Below, piece after piece: positions 1 to 11,956 of a DNA stretch of 64,000 nucleotides. The position numbers and the translations under genes were made by a program. The number at the start of each line of letters is the position of its first letter. Position 1 is the first letter of the stretch. Source of the stretch: Entomortierella parvispora E1425 (Eukaryota > Fungi > Mortierellomycota); assembly GCA_020891255.1 (NCBI GenBank), contig BQFW01000002.1, positions 3,782,001 through 3,846,000 of the forward strand, read 5' to 3'. The notes beneath the pieces were generated by a model, which did not search any database, was not told the origin of the DNA, and saw nothing but the letters and a program-made list of their open reading frames with translations.

Positions 1-36
1 CATGTCCCCATCACGATGACTTTTTGACGACCATAG

Positions 37-1156
37 GTTCGAGCAGCTCGTGGCGAGCTGTCAGCCACGCGAGGTGTACATGTTGCAGCAGCAGATCGTT
101 CTTCATCACGGTCAGGTCGAGGGCTTTGATTTCCTTGAACAACTACCCCTGTCCATTTCAACCATGATCGTCAAGCTCTTACCCTTCAAAGACCTCAGCT
201 CGTGTCGACTGGTAACGAACCTTTTTTTGGTCTAGAGTCGTGAATAGTGTATTCATGTTTTTAGATTCTCATCGTGCCCTCCATCCCTCATTTCCCCTAT
301 TCTTACTAACGAAACCATCCTCTGTTTTATTTTTTGGTTTCCTTTTCCTGTCGAACAATGTAGGTGTCGCGCTCCTGGAATGAACGCGTCTTGTCTTATG
401 ACGTGCTTGAAACAGCCATTCGTAAGCTCTCCTATGAAAACGACACCCTTCTTGTCAACGCCGAAGACGCAGTACTCTCCAATTGGAATTTGCTCTGCCG
501 CTACCACGAGCGTGAACTGCGCTGGCGAAAGGTCAAACCCGCCTCCATTCAGCCCTTGCTAGCTCACTCCAGCTATGTGACCTCCGTGAAGGACCGAGGT
601 GAATGGATCGTCAGTGGAGGATACGATGAAAAAGTGCGCCTCTGGGAGGCCGCCTCCGGCAAATGTGTCAAGATGTGGGAGGTAGGATCGGCCATCAGCT
701 GTGTGGAACTTTTCATTGATGCTACCATGGAGGGAGGGGGTGTCGTGGTTGCCGCATTCGTGGACGTTGGGTAAGATGAAATGCAATGCTATCCGTGAAT
801 GTTGCCGTGTTTTTTTTATTTTGCCTTTCACCAACCTTTTCTAACCTGCACGCTACCGTTGTTGATTCGTTCTTGACCCCATACCAGAGTGGTCAAGGTG
901 TGGTCACTTCATGGCCCCTTGAATATGCAGTCGTTGACGGGTCACCAGAAGGGGGTGCGCGCCATCGCCATTAACGAGACATACCTGATTACTGCTGGAC
1001 ATGATCAGACCGTTGTCGGTTGGCATTGGGCATCCGGTCGTAAGGTTGCCAGTTTCCGTGCCCACAATGAAGTGGTAAGGGTCGCATATTAGACACACAC
1101 ACGACCATCCTCTCTTTCTCTCTCTTCCTCTTTTTTTTCTCTCCATCGTTCTCTCC

Positions 1157-1202
<46 letters not shown>

Positions 1203-3206
1203 TCTCCCTCCCTCCATCTCCATCTCCATCTCCATCTCTTCCCTTGAAACAGACCAGGATGATGCAAAGGGTTGGATACCAGCAGCTAAACAACCATTCC
1301 GTTCGTGTCCTTCTAGATTCAGAGCGTCCATTTGAGCAAAAACACGGTCTACTCATTGTGTATCGATGCCACACTGCGCGTCTTTGACATCCCGTCAAGG
1401 ATGCTTCTCCATCAGGTGAAGTTGTTTGAGGTGCAGCAAGGGTCAACCCTGCAGTGGTCCTGTCTCCGGGACAACGTTCTCGTTACCGCCACGAGCAAAA
1501 AGATATATATTTGGCAGCTGGAGCACCTTGAAAGCCTCGTGACACAGAACTACCAACTATCCCAATCCCAAGACTCCCGCCAAGTTTCTCGCCTCTCACT
1601 CGACTCTTCGTCCTCTGCTGACTCGTCAAGCACATCCAACACCATTGCCAGCCTGGAGAGTAGGAAGTATCCAGTCTACTCTTATCCTCCTCGATCACCC
1701 TCCCGTTCAACCACCTGTACATCCTTCACCAGCATGACTTCTGAGCCAGAGACCCCGACCATCTCATCTGTCGCTACCTCGCCACGCTCTGAGGCCGGAT
1801 CCTCCTACTTCTCCCTCGTCAAACTGGAGTCTTCATCGCCACCCGCACCCGCACCCGCAGCCGCTTTGATTGACTTTGAGCCAGTGGAGACTCGCGTGAA
1901 ACCCCTCCTCACTGCCGTGCTGAATATGACGACGGACATGTGGTGCGGCAAGATCACTCACCACAACCCACCAATGCTCTTCCTTGGATCGCGCAGCTCT
2001 GCCGTAAAACTGGTTGCCCTGCCATTAAGCAAGGAGCTCATTGACCCCGATCGTAACTATGACCCCGGTTACAATCCTGTACAGCTGTTCCCAAAAACAA
2101 CCCAAGCCCTGGGGATGCCAACAGGCCATGGCCGAGGTATCATGGGAATGGATTCGCGAGAGGGTCGGTTGGTCGTTGGCTGCACTGGTGGATCCATCCA
2201 TGTCTTGAACATGGACCCGGCTCTTCGAGATGCACGGCCTTCAAAGATGACAGCTCCTACCGTGGTGGTCGTTCTCCCACCATCAACTGCTTCGAACGCG
2301 GACTCGCCACCCTCCCTGAGTCCTATTGTCACGTCTACCAGCCTTGCATCATCGCCCACAAGTCCTAGTTCATTGTCGAGCGCTTCCTCTCACGCGTTTT
2401 CTACCTCACCAAAAACGAGCGGCTTCCCTGCAAAGTCTTCCGCCATCTTGAAAGCGAAAAACACGTCCAGCGTCATCAGCCGCACCGGCTCTGCTCGAAT
2501 CACAATCCCTTCACCCGATCGTTCCCCCCAGGCTCCCTCCATGATCTCGTCGCCTTCCACTCTGAGACTGAGAACGCCCAGTCCTCCTAGAGGCACCCGC
2601 CACATGAAGCCTCTCATTTCGACAAACCATTACGAGGAACAGGAAGTGTTGGTCGACTGTGATGATGACGACGATCTGCCGATCCACCACCAGCGACATC
2701 CTCCTCATCATCCCAAGCCTCTTCTTCAGTCGCCGCCGATCCGATCCGCATCCACCAGTCCAAGGTCATCGACCTCCTCCAGTGAGTCTGCTCCTTCGTC
2801 GTTTCCCAAGGGCAATAGGATCCCCAGGCGGCCACTCGTGACTTTGCCTATCCCACCACCCGCATCCCTCCACGCTGCCAGGGCAACTTCGCCCCATTCA
2901 CCGGGCGCGACGTCCAGCTGTACGCCTGCTGGGCAGGCTTTCTCGAGGCTGACAAAGTACATTCCAACCCCACCCTCGCGGATCATGCGACGACGCTCCA
3001 GCTCCAATGGAGATGTTGATTCCAGGAGCAGGAGCAGCAAGGCGGATACTAGCAATAATCGTGCTTCAGGGCCAGCGATTATGAAGGGCAGAAATCGGTC
3101 CAACCCGGATCTGTTGACGCCTGGCCATGCTCTATTGACGGTCGGGAATAGGCAATCTTGGGCTCATTCTTACAATGTCAGAACCACTTCACCTACGGGT
3201 CGGTAG
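37..3206 (+). CDS. F-box/WD40-repeat protein (5'-partial, multi-exon) with long Ser/Pro-rich disordered C-terminus
   Basis: Exon after ccatAG(36) encodes DFLEQLPLSISTMIVKLLPFKDLSSCRL (F-box). Later exons contain WD40 repeats (HSSYVTSV..SGGYDEKVRLWE; GHQKGVRAI..TAGHDQTVVGWH). Final ORF is 1332-3206. The start lies upstream of the window. Confidence 0.9.
1171..1235. repeat. Intronic microsatellites (TC)n and (CTCCAT)4
   Basis: Directly visible in the sequence. Confidence 0.9.
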
Positions 3207-3577
3207 TGAAGAAAAGGAAGGCTGGCAAAAGAACAAAAAAAAAAATAAACAAAAAAGGACAGACTGCAAGTTGCCAGGTTGAAACATCAATTGAATGGTT
3301 GGAACAGTCGGCTACTTCCGACTCTCTGTTGGTATACCGATACTCCTTGTCATGGAATGGGTCCTTTTCTTCACAGAAAAGGCAAAAAAAAACGAAGACA
3401 CGCCTATTAGACACCGGAGTGGCTCTTCACCACACGCACCTCTTCCAGCCCTAAACCTCTACCACTCTCCCCTGTCATCTCAGAATGGTATGAAGCATGG
3501 AAGAAGCATTCTATTCCCATAACTGCATTCTCTACTTTAACTACATCTTGACTGCGACTGATACAGCGAGGATTCAA

Positions 3578-4744
3578 TCAAAGCTGTAAATGGTCGACCA
3601 AGACGCGGAAGGCGGTTTCCTGGCGGATCCAAGCCCAATCTTCAATCCAGGCGCGTTTGATGAATTCGGCGCCAATCAGAGTAATCTCTTTTGACTTGGT
3701 GTCATGATCATCGTCTTTGAACCAGCCCGTGTAGGGTGTCCATGCCATCAGATGGCCACCGCAGTGAATGACAGCGGTCTTGAGATCCGTTGTCGTCAAC
3801 CGGTCACCATAGAACTTGCAATACGCCTCGAGGAAGGAGGTCATCAACTCTTCGCACGGATAGCGGTACTTGTTGAGCGAAAAGGCCTCCGCTACGAATT
3901 GGCCAAGATCCATCGCCGCAGGAGCGTACCGGCTCATTTCCCAGTCCACAATAAAAATATGCTTGAGTGTGATCTCATTTCCCGCTCCTACTGCGGAATC
4001 GACGAGAAAGTTTCCTGGCCAGAAATCGCCGTGGGCAAGTGTTTCCGGTTCGTTCATCAGGCGGTCGCCTCCCCACTTGGAGGCCAAGTCGATCACATCC
4101 CGGTCAAACTGCGGCTGATCCTGCATGAACTTGCTCGCCGCCTTTGGGAACTGATCATAGAGAATCAGACGCGACAGGCCCAGAGCCTCAGTGTTGGCCA
4201 TCTTTTCAGGGTAGAGTTCCGATCGATGGCGAAAGCCGTAGAGATGCAGACGCGCAATGAACTCGCCAAGTCCGCTGCCAATCTCCTTGGAGAGTCTTGG
4301 GCCCGGTGGCTGGGTGAGAGACGAGATGAACTCCTTCAGGGTCTTTGATTTGATACCGGCATCCTCCTGGATCACAATATTGTTTTCGTGGTCCCAGTAG
4401 AGCACGCGTGGCACCTTGACGCAGGTCGTCTCAATTTTTTCACCTTCCATGTTATTGTTGTTCTTATTGTCGCTGGCTTCGGCCACAATGCCGAGGACGG
4501 TCTGCTCAAAGGACATTCGCTCGACATAGAGGGCCATCTTCTTGCTTGAAGATGAATGACCGGCCGCGTGCTTAATGACGACTGTAGACCGACCTCCAAA
4601 CGAATCTTTGCCGTGTTCGGAAATGGTGCCGCGGTAGACATAGTTGGCATTTCCACCGGACAGCTTCTTGACTGCGACAATGCTCCTTGTCTCGTCGCGA
4701 GACTGCAGGTAGCGCAGAATGCCAGCTTCTGTTTGAAGGTCCAT
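3578..4744 (-). CDS. Methylthioribose-kinase-like / APH-family phosphotransferase, intronless
   Basis: ATG at 4744 (MDLQTEAG). Motifs LSGGNANYVYR, VVIKHA, VPRVLYWD..IVIQED, LAHGDFWPGNFLV, IVDWEMSRY..DLGQF follow the protein-kinase-like small-molecule kinase pattern. Confidence 0.8.
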   Translation of the reverse strand: MDLQTEAGILRYLQSRDETRSIVAVKKLSGGNANYVYRGTISEHGKDSFGGRSTVVIKHAAGHSSSSKKMALYVERMSFEQTVLGIVAEASDNKNNNNMEGEKIETTCVKVPRVLYWDHENNIVIQEDAGIKSKTLKEFISSLTQPPGPRLSKEIGSGLGEFIARLHLYGFRHRSELYPEKMANTEALGLSRLILYDQFPKAASKFMQDQPQFDRDVIDLASKWGGDRLMNEPETLAHGDFWPGNFLVDSAVGAGNEITLKHIFIVDWEMSRYAPAAMDLGQFVAEAFSLNKYRYPCEELMTSFLEAYCKFYGDRLTTTDLKTAVIHCGGHLMAWTPYTGWFKDDDHDTKSKEITLIGAEFIKRAWIEDWAWIRQETAFRVLVDHLQL

Positions 4745-4840
4745 TGGAATGAAAGAGGGTGGCGAGTCGCGAGTCGCGAGAGAAACTCCAGTAAGTCCAA
4801 TCCAATCCAAAGGCGACTATCACGTGACCTGTGTGGCTTT

Positions 4841-4865
4841 GTCCAGTCCAGTCCAGTCCAGTCCA
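4841..4865. repeat. (GTCCA)5 microsatellite in the kinase/SUI2 divergent promoter
   Basis: Directly visible in the sequence. Confidence 0.9.
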
Positions 4866-4975
4866 GCCAGCAAAGGCTCGCTCCAGGGCAGACCGTCCCC
4901 AATCGCCGCAGCATTCAAATTCAAATCGATCCTTCACCCTCTCGCAATCGCACTTCACCCTCACAGCATCCCATC

Positions 4976-6602
4976 ATGTCCGGAAGATTGCAATGTCGCA
5001 TGTATGCGAACAAGTTCCCTGAAGGTGCGGATCGCCTTTTTTCCCTCTCTGTCTCTGTGCTCGTGGATGCGATTGGATTGGATTCGATTCGATTGGGGAT
5101 GGACTGACTGACCAATGGTTCCTTTTCTTTTTTCTTTTTGTGCGAGCAGTGGACGACCTTGTTATGGTCAACGTCCGCCAGATTGCCGAGATGGGAGCCT
5201 ACGTCCAGCTCTTGGAATACGACAACATTGAGGGCATGATCTTGCTCAGTGAATTGTCCAGACGTCGCATTCGCTCCATCCAGAAGCTTATTCGTGTGGG
5301 CAAGAACGAGGTTGTCGTCGTGCTCAGAGTCGACAAGGAGAAGGGTGAGTTCTTGTCCGTGCTTGCTAGATTTCTATCCTTGTTAGATCAAGACAGGACT
5401 GGAATCGCTGGAGTACAGAGTCATCAGGAGCATCAAAATGTAGCGAGGATACATAGGCTGGAGGGAGATCCACCTCGCAGCAGACACGTCCAAATGAGCC
5501 ATGATGAGTCAGGAGCGCAAGGGGACAGACAACAATACAATTTTCCCAAGTTTGTTTTACACTCTTCCTGGATCATGGACACAGGAGCGAGAAAGTCATG
5601 GAAGATGCTGCTCAGATCCTATTGACATCCCGATCTGGCAGCATCTGTACAGTTGCTATTCAGGAAACTATGCGTCAGAACTACCAACTGGATCAGAGGG
5701 ATAGGGTATATGCTGACAGCTGGCTGCACTCCTTGTCGCACGTCTAGGATACATTGATCTCTCCAAGCGTCGTGTTTCTGCCACGGATATTGTCAAGTGC
5801 GAGGAGCGCTACAACAAGTCCAAGGCTGTCCACTCAATCATGTCGACTGTCGCCAAGAAGGAGAACAAGGATTTGGAGGCTCTTTATGAACAGTTGGCCT
5901 GGCCTTTGTATGCCAAGTACGGACACGCCTACGATGCCTTCAAGGTCGCTCTCAAGTAAGTTTGAATTTATGTGGCATTCCAAAATACCTTTGCTACCTA
6001 ATGTTAACAATGTCTTCTCTACATTTGCCATGTCACAGCGAGCCTGAGAAGGTCTTTGAGGGATTGGAGATTGCTGACAGTGTCAAGGAGGAGCTTTTGA
6101 ACAACATCAAGAGACGTTTGACGCCACAGCCCATCAAGATCCGTGCTGATATTGAGGTGACGTGCTTCGACTATGAGGGTATCGATGCCATTAAGACTGC
6201 TTTCAAGGAGGCCGAGGCTGTTTCCCTGCCCGAGGTTCCCATCCGTGTCAAGTTGGTTGCCCCTCCTCTGTATGTCATGATCACCAACGCCCTCGACAAG
6301 CAGCTCGGAATTGACACCATGGAGAAGGCTATCGTTGTCCTTGAGGAGAGCATCAAGAAGTCGAACGGAAACATGGTCACCAAGATGAGCGTAAGTGATT
6401 GGATCATTTGCAAAAAAAAAAAGGACTTTGGCTTGCTAGGATTGTGTATATAACCTTTTGTTTCCATGCTTTGCTCACTTAGCCCAAGGCCGTTACCGAG
6501 GCTGATGATATGGAGCTCGACCAGCTTTTGGCAAGAATTGACAAGGAGAATGCCGAGATTTCGGGAGATGACGATGATTCAGACTCGGATGCTGATGTTT
6601 AA
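4976..6602 (+). CDS. SUI2: Translation initiation factor eIF2 alpha (5 exons)
   Basis: [47 protein letters not shown] (contains the Ser51 phosphosite motif); [11 protein letters not shown]; [20 protein letters not shown]; acidic end. GT-AG introns restore the frame. Confidence 0.98.
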
Positions 6603-6920
6603 AAAGGAGCGACACAATATACTCATATGAAGCGATGAAACGCATGGAATAAAACAAATACACATCCAAACACGTTTTCTAGGGGCTCAGTCGTCCTGCT
6701 CTCTTTGTCCAAATCTGTGACAGCGACACAGGAAGGGCTCGTCTTGATCCCAACGCAACGGAAAGAAGATCCTATGGTTGACATTCCCAGTCACCCTGAC
6801 ATCTGCAACTGCCCGCGACGGCTTTTTTGGGGTACTTTATTGTTCCTGGAAGGAATACTTCTTTAGATTTCTCTTTCATTTCTCTCCCATCCTTCCTCGT
6901 TCGTCCATCTTTCTTGTACT

Positions 6921-9404
6921 ATGACTACGCTTTTCCGCGCTCGAAATCTCTTGCCGTGGCGAGGATCAATGCTGGCCTTCAAGCCATACTGCAGCGCCTT
7001 ATCCAGTGGGGCTCACCGTCCACTCACGTTTCCTCTCCAAGCACGAGTCGCACGGGATTCCGGCTGGCGACAATCATTACAAAGCCTTTCGACCTCGACG
7101 CCATTGCAGTCTCCGCCACCGCCTATAACGACTCCAGTTCCAAATCCTGTCGTACCGGAACATAGCAAAGACGATCATCCAGAACCAGAAGAGGAGACAA
7201 AGCATGCAGTCGTGTCAACATTTGATCTCTTTTCCATTGGTATTGGTCCAAGCTCAAGGTATGTTCACCCACAATAATGGCACATCTCCACAGCTATTTC
7301 GGATCGCGAGAGACAGACACATGGGAAACGTCTTGGACGGCCTTGTGCAACCAACACAGCAAGCTAACCATGTTGTTTCCACTCGTTGCCTGCAGCCACA
7401 CAGTAGGGCCGATGAGAGCGGCCAAGATTTTTGTTACAGACTTGAAAACACACGGTGTGCTAGAAAAGGTACTTTCATTCATTCGTTTACCTTCCCCATT
7501 TGCCAAGGTACACATTGTGTGTGTATCTACCTCTGCTAACCATGACTCTGTATTGATATAGGCGGCCAGTATTCGGATTGATCTCTTTGGCTCCCTGGCT
7601 CTGACCGGGATTGGACATGGAACACCGGATGCGATCCTCATGGGTATGACTCCTTGGGCAATCACGGAAAGAATGCGTTATCTTTCTTCTTTTTTTTATT
7701 CTCTTTCCCCCCTTCTCAGGATGATTTTTTCACAGGACAAACTCATCTTTTCTTTCTTTACAGTTCCTGCACATGTGGTTTCCTTATCCTGCATGCTGGA
7801 TACTGTTGCTATCAACTAACATACTTTTTTTTGATTTATTTTTATCTTCTATGGTTCGTTATCAAAAAAAAAAAAAAGGCATGGAAGGAGAATCACCTGA
7901 AACGGTCGAGACGACAACGATTCAATCCCGGATCAAGGCCATTGACGAACAAAAGGCCTTGACGCTGGATTCAATACAACGGATCAAGTTTGATTATGCC
8001 AAGGATCTGGTCTATCATTATTTCGAATCTCTGCCCCAGCATCCGAACGGGATGCGGTTTTGTGCGTTTGATGAGAAGGGCGATCTGCTGGCGACCAACG
8101 AGTACTTTTCGATCGGAGGAGGCTTTGTGGTGAATGAGAGGACTCAATTGGCCCATGGAGAGAATGCTTACTACATGGAAGAGTACGAGCCCGTGGATGC
8201 CTCGGCCGCCCACAAGGACACATCTGCGACTTTATCAAACTCTGCAGACGTTGACAGGCCTCTCTCGCCATCCGCCTCTAAACCTTCTTTGCGTTTGAAG
8301 GCGACAGCGGCGACAGCGACACACCCTGTGGCCACCAAACCCGCACCTGTCCCCCAATCCAGAAAGCAGCAGGACCTTGCACCGGCCGCGCTTCCGTTCA
8401 CAAACGCCACGGAACTGTTGGAGCTGTGTCATCGCGAGAACATGACCATTGCTCAGGTCGTGTACGAGAACGAGCTCCGGTGGCGATCTGCGGCCGAGAT
8501 CCGGGAAAAGACCTTTGCCATCTGGAACACCATGGACAGTGCGATCAAGAACGGTTGTCTTTCGACCGAGGCCATGCTCCCCGGTCGACTCGCCGTTCGG
8601 CGTCGAGCCCCGGGTCTCTACAAGAAGTTGCTCAAGGGACTCTACACCACCACCCCCATGTACGCCACGGCTGTCTCTGGAGGCAAGAAGTTGGGATCGG
8701 TGGAAGGGTTGTTGGGCAGCCCTTCTGGGGACGAGTCATTGGTGAAGCAGGCTCAACCAGAGAGAGGAATCGATCGAGTACTGCCCAAAAGGACTGTGAA
8801 GCGACTGATGTTGCCAGCTTTGGATTACTTGAGCGTCTATGCGATCGCAGTGAACGAGGAGAACGCTGCGGGAGGACGGGTCGTGACGGCCCCAACCAAT
8901 GGCGCCGCGGGCGTGATTCCTGCCGTGCTCAAGTATTATCTCGAGTTCATTTCCGAAACGCCTGAGCAAGATGTGATGGAGTTCCTGCTGACCACGGCGG
9001 CGATCGGCATGCTCTACAAACGAGGAGCCTCCATCTCTGCAGCAGAGATGGGTTGTCAGGGTGAAGTCGGTGTGGCCTGCTCGATGGCCTCGGCTGGGTT
9101 TGCTGCCGTGATGGGCGGCACGGTGGAGCAGGTCGAGAACGCGGCCGAGATTGGGATGGAGCACAACCTGGGATTGACTTGTGATCCCATCGAGGGATTG
9201 GTCCAGATCCCATGTATCGAGCGGAACGCGTTGGGGGCCGTCAAGGCCGTGACGGCGGCGCAGTTGGCATTGAATGGAGATGGGTTCCATAGAGTGACCT
9301 TGGATCAGGTCATTGAGACGATGAAGCAGACCGGGAATGATATGCAGGCGAAATACAAGGAGACCTCGCAGGGAGGACTCAGTGTTTGCGTCCCGGTTTG
9401 TTGA
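6921..9404 (+). CDS. sdaA: [4Fe-4S]-dependent L-serine dehydratase (bacterial SdaA type, fused beta/alpha) with probable mitochondrial presequence; 4 exons
   Basis: Exons 6921-7258, 7396-7468, 7562-7643, 7878-9404 give [93 protein letters not shown]. The N-terminus is Arg/Leu/Ser-rich and lacks acidic residues. Confidence 0.95.
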
Positions 9405-9551
9405 TCCCCTCAGAAATTCTCAAATAGAATGTTCAAAATACAAATGTAATAGAAAAAAAAATGAGGGGGTGGGGGGGGGAAAGAAACACGATGCTGTTTG
9501 TGGATTCTGTTTATTGTATCGTACATTGTATGCATGGGCGCTTTACCGCGA

Positions 9552-11519
9552 CTAGCGGTGCTCAATGGCATGAACTGCATTGTAATCAATGTGGACAAAG
9601 GCTCTTTCGACGCTGTCCAGTCTCTCCAACGCGCCCTGGAGCGACTCTCCGAGATCATGAGCCTGGGACAAGGGTGTGTCAGGAGGCAAGACAATGTCCA
9701 CCTCAACAAAGAGTCCTTCGCCGACAGAGTATGCCCTGACCGTGTCAATAGCCTGAATCGTGTTGGAGAAGCGGTATGTCATGTAGGTGAGCTGTTGGAT
9801 ATCAGCTGCTGTGGCAGCCTGTCCCGTCAGTCGACGAATATTATCTAATGGACAATAGAGTAAGCATGGTCAGCAAAAACTGCATTACAAAGATGAAACA
9901 GAAAGTACAAGTTTTCATGTCAGGTCAACTATTCTCCACTTACGAAGACAAGTGCCTGTCCATTCTGAAATGATATAGATGGAAAGGATAATGGCGCCTG
10001 CAGCATCGAGCCACCAGAGTCCCAAGAACTGGCCCGCCACGGGGAACAGCGTTGAAAAGACGTTAAAGACCACATCGTTCATATGATCCTGCGCCAAAGC
10101 CAAAACACTGGAGCTGTCCTTCATGGTCCTGCACCAAAGCCAGAGAGCAAACTTGACGGCAATGTTGACTGCGAGCAAGGTCAAGATGATCACGCCCAGA
10201 TCCACTGGGGGTTCTTCAGATCCTGCCACCAGTCGCTCAAAGGCCTGGAGCATGACTTGCATGAACGAGGTGACCATGACAGCCGCAAAGACAATGATTC
10301 CCAGCGGTTCCATGCGGGCTTTACCCACGGGGTACCGATGCTCATCCGAGGTGTTGTTGCGAAGTCGAGCAGAGTACCAGATGATGGCACCGCTCAACAG
10401 ATCCATGAGCGAGTCAATCATGGAGGCGAGGACAGCCAGGGAGTCCGAAAGGAGGACGGTCCAGATCTTGAGGATCACTAGAATGATGTTGGCCACGAAA
10501 CTGACATTGATTGCCAATTGGACTGGACAGGAACAAGACCTTGTAAATGATTTTGTTCGAGGATAGGTCATGAACTACATTAGCCTTGACATAACCCACT
10601 TACTTGTATGAGGAGAAGTACGTTGTTTGCGCCTGTACTCCAACAGAGGGGAACTTTCATCTTCGTCATCGTTGTCTCCTGTTGTCCCAACAGCCACTGT
10701 AGAAGTAGAGCTCGTGGAAGGTAGGTCGGAGGTACCGTATCTTCCTCCACTTTCAACGTCCAATAATGTATCGAATGACCGGATGGTGGGCAACTGGGGG
10801 AACAGCTTGGCTTGAGCCTGCTCTTCCTCTTTAAGCTCTTTCAGGACCTCTTCGACTTCGCCAAATGAATCCAATAGTTCGTTCTATGAAACAAACAAAT
10901 CAACAAAACGTTGTTCTGTCAGTCAGTCTTGGCTTCCTCACCACCATGAAAAAAGAATAAAAGAAAGAAAGAAAGGAAAAAAAAGTACCAAGGATGTATA
11001 GTATTCCTGCACTTTGCTGCTCTTGATAGCACGAATGTCCTTTCCACTCTTGCGTGCTGCCTGAAAGACGTCGGCCCCCATGACTGGCTTGGCTGGGATG
11101 CCTATATAAACATTGCTCGATGTCCTTCTCATGCCCCCACGAGACTTTGAGCGCGACCCCGATCTCGATCCGGGGCAAGAAGAGGAGGTTGGCCAGTCCT
11201 GTCCATGACGACGTCCGAATCGCTCTCCAATCGTGGGCTCGCGACGGAGCTCTGGAGGAGGGGAGCTGGAAAAGAAGGATCCATCGCCTCCTGGTCCTTC
11301 TGCGTGCCTGTTCATTGTTGAAGGTTGGGGAGAGGCGGGGTATGACTCTGAGGGGATATCGACGACGAATGTGGACGAGGCAACCAAGGCAGGGGAGGCG
11401 AGCTGCGCAATAGGCGTTGTTTCGCCAGTAGAGATCGACGCTGCGGCTTCGCCGTTGGAACGACTCTTGCCCCTTTTCCCGCCCTGTGGGCGATCGTTGT
11501 TCTGGCCTGATCCTGACAT
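9552..11519 (-). CDS. Cation diffusion facilitator (Mn-CDF/MTP8-11-like metal transporter), multi-exon
   Basis: LAINVSFVANI..SLAVLASMIDSLMDLLSG, YPVGKARMEPLG, LAQDHMNDV, IDTVRAYSVG..VEVDIVLP..AHDLGESLQ..LERL..VERAFVHIDY. Start MSGSGQNN at 11519. Confidence 0.93.
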
Positions 11520-11956
11520 GGGCCAATGAGGGAGAGGGTGGATGGGTGGTATACGATGAAGAAGGAGCGAGGGAGAGAATGAATCGTTTGAATGAGGCAA
11601 AGAGGGAAAAAGAGGCGAAAGGGACCGTCGTCTGCGTCTTTGTGCGTGGGACCGATCAGAACACCGCAATCAAACCAACGTCCGACTTTCTTTTTTTTTT
11701 TTGCTTTGGTGCGCCGCCTCATTTATCAACGATGGACGGATAAGGCGATAAACGACCATGTCCCTCTGTGTCGATCCTCGGTGACTCTTTCCGCCTGTTG
11801 CACAGCATGCACATGTCGTTCAATAATAATACTCCTGTTGAGTGCATGATCATCATCCTCTTCCTCTCATCCAAATACAAATCCTGAAGGGCAATACATG
11901 ATGGTACGATATTGCTTTATTCTCCAATGACAAGTTGATAAAGAACAAAAGGACAT

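Noticed and set aside
3704-4348. 214-aa plus-strand ORF and similar long antisense ORFs (e.g. 8736-9290, 22018-22948, 55436-55993)
   Set aside because: They lie opposite well-supported genes, have no recognisable motifs, and are explained by codon bias or low-complexity repeats on the coding strand.
5501-5716. C/D box snoRNA in the SUI2 intron (ATGATGA..CTGA)
   Set aside because: The only CTGA is about 205 nt away, coincides with the branch point, and has no terminal stem.
9552-11519. Functional cluster of the CDF transporter with the zinc-finger transcription factor
   Set aside because: They are 40 kb apart with unrelated genes in between, and the transporter looks Mn-type; there is no sequence evidence of linkage.
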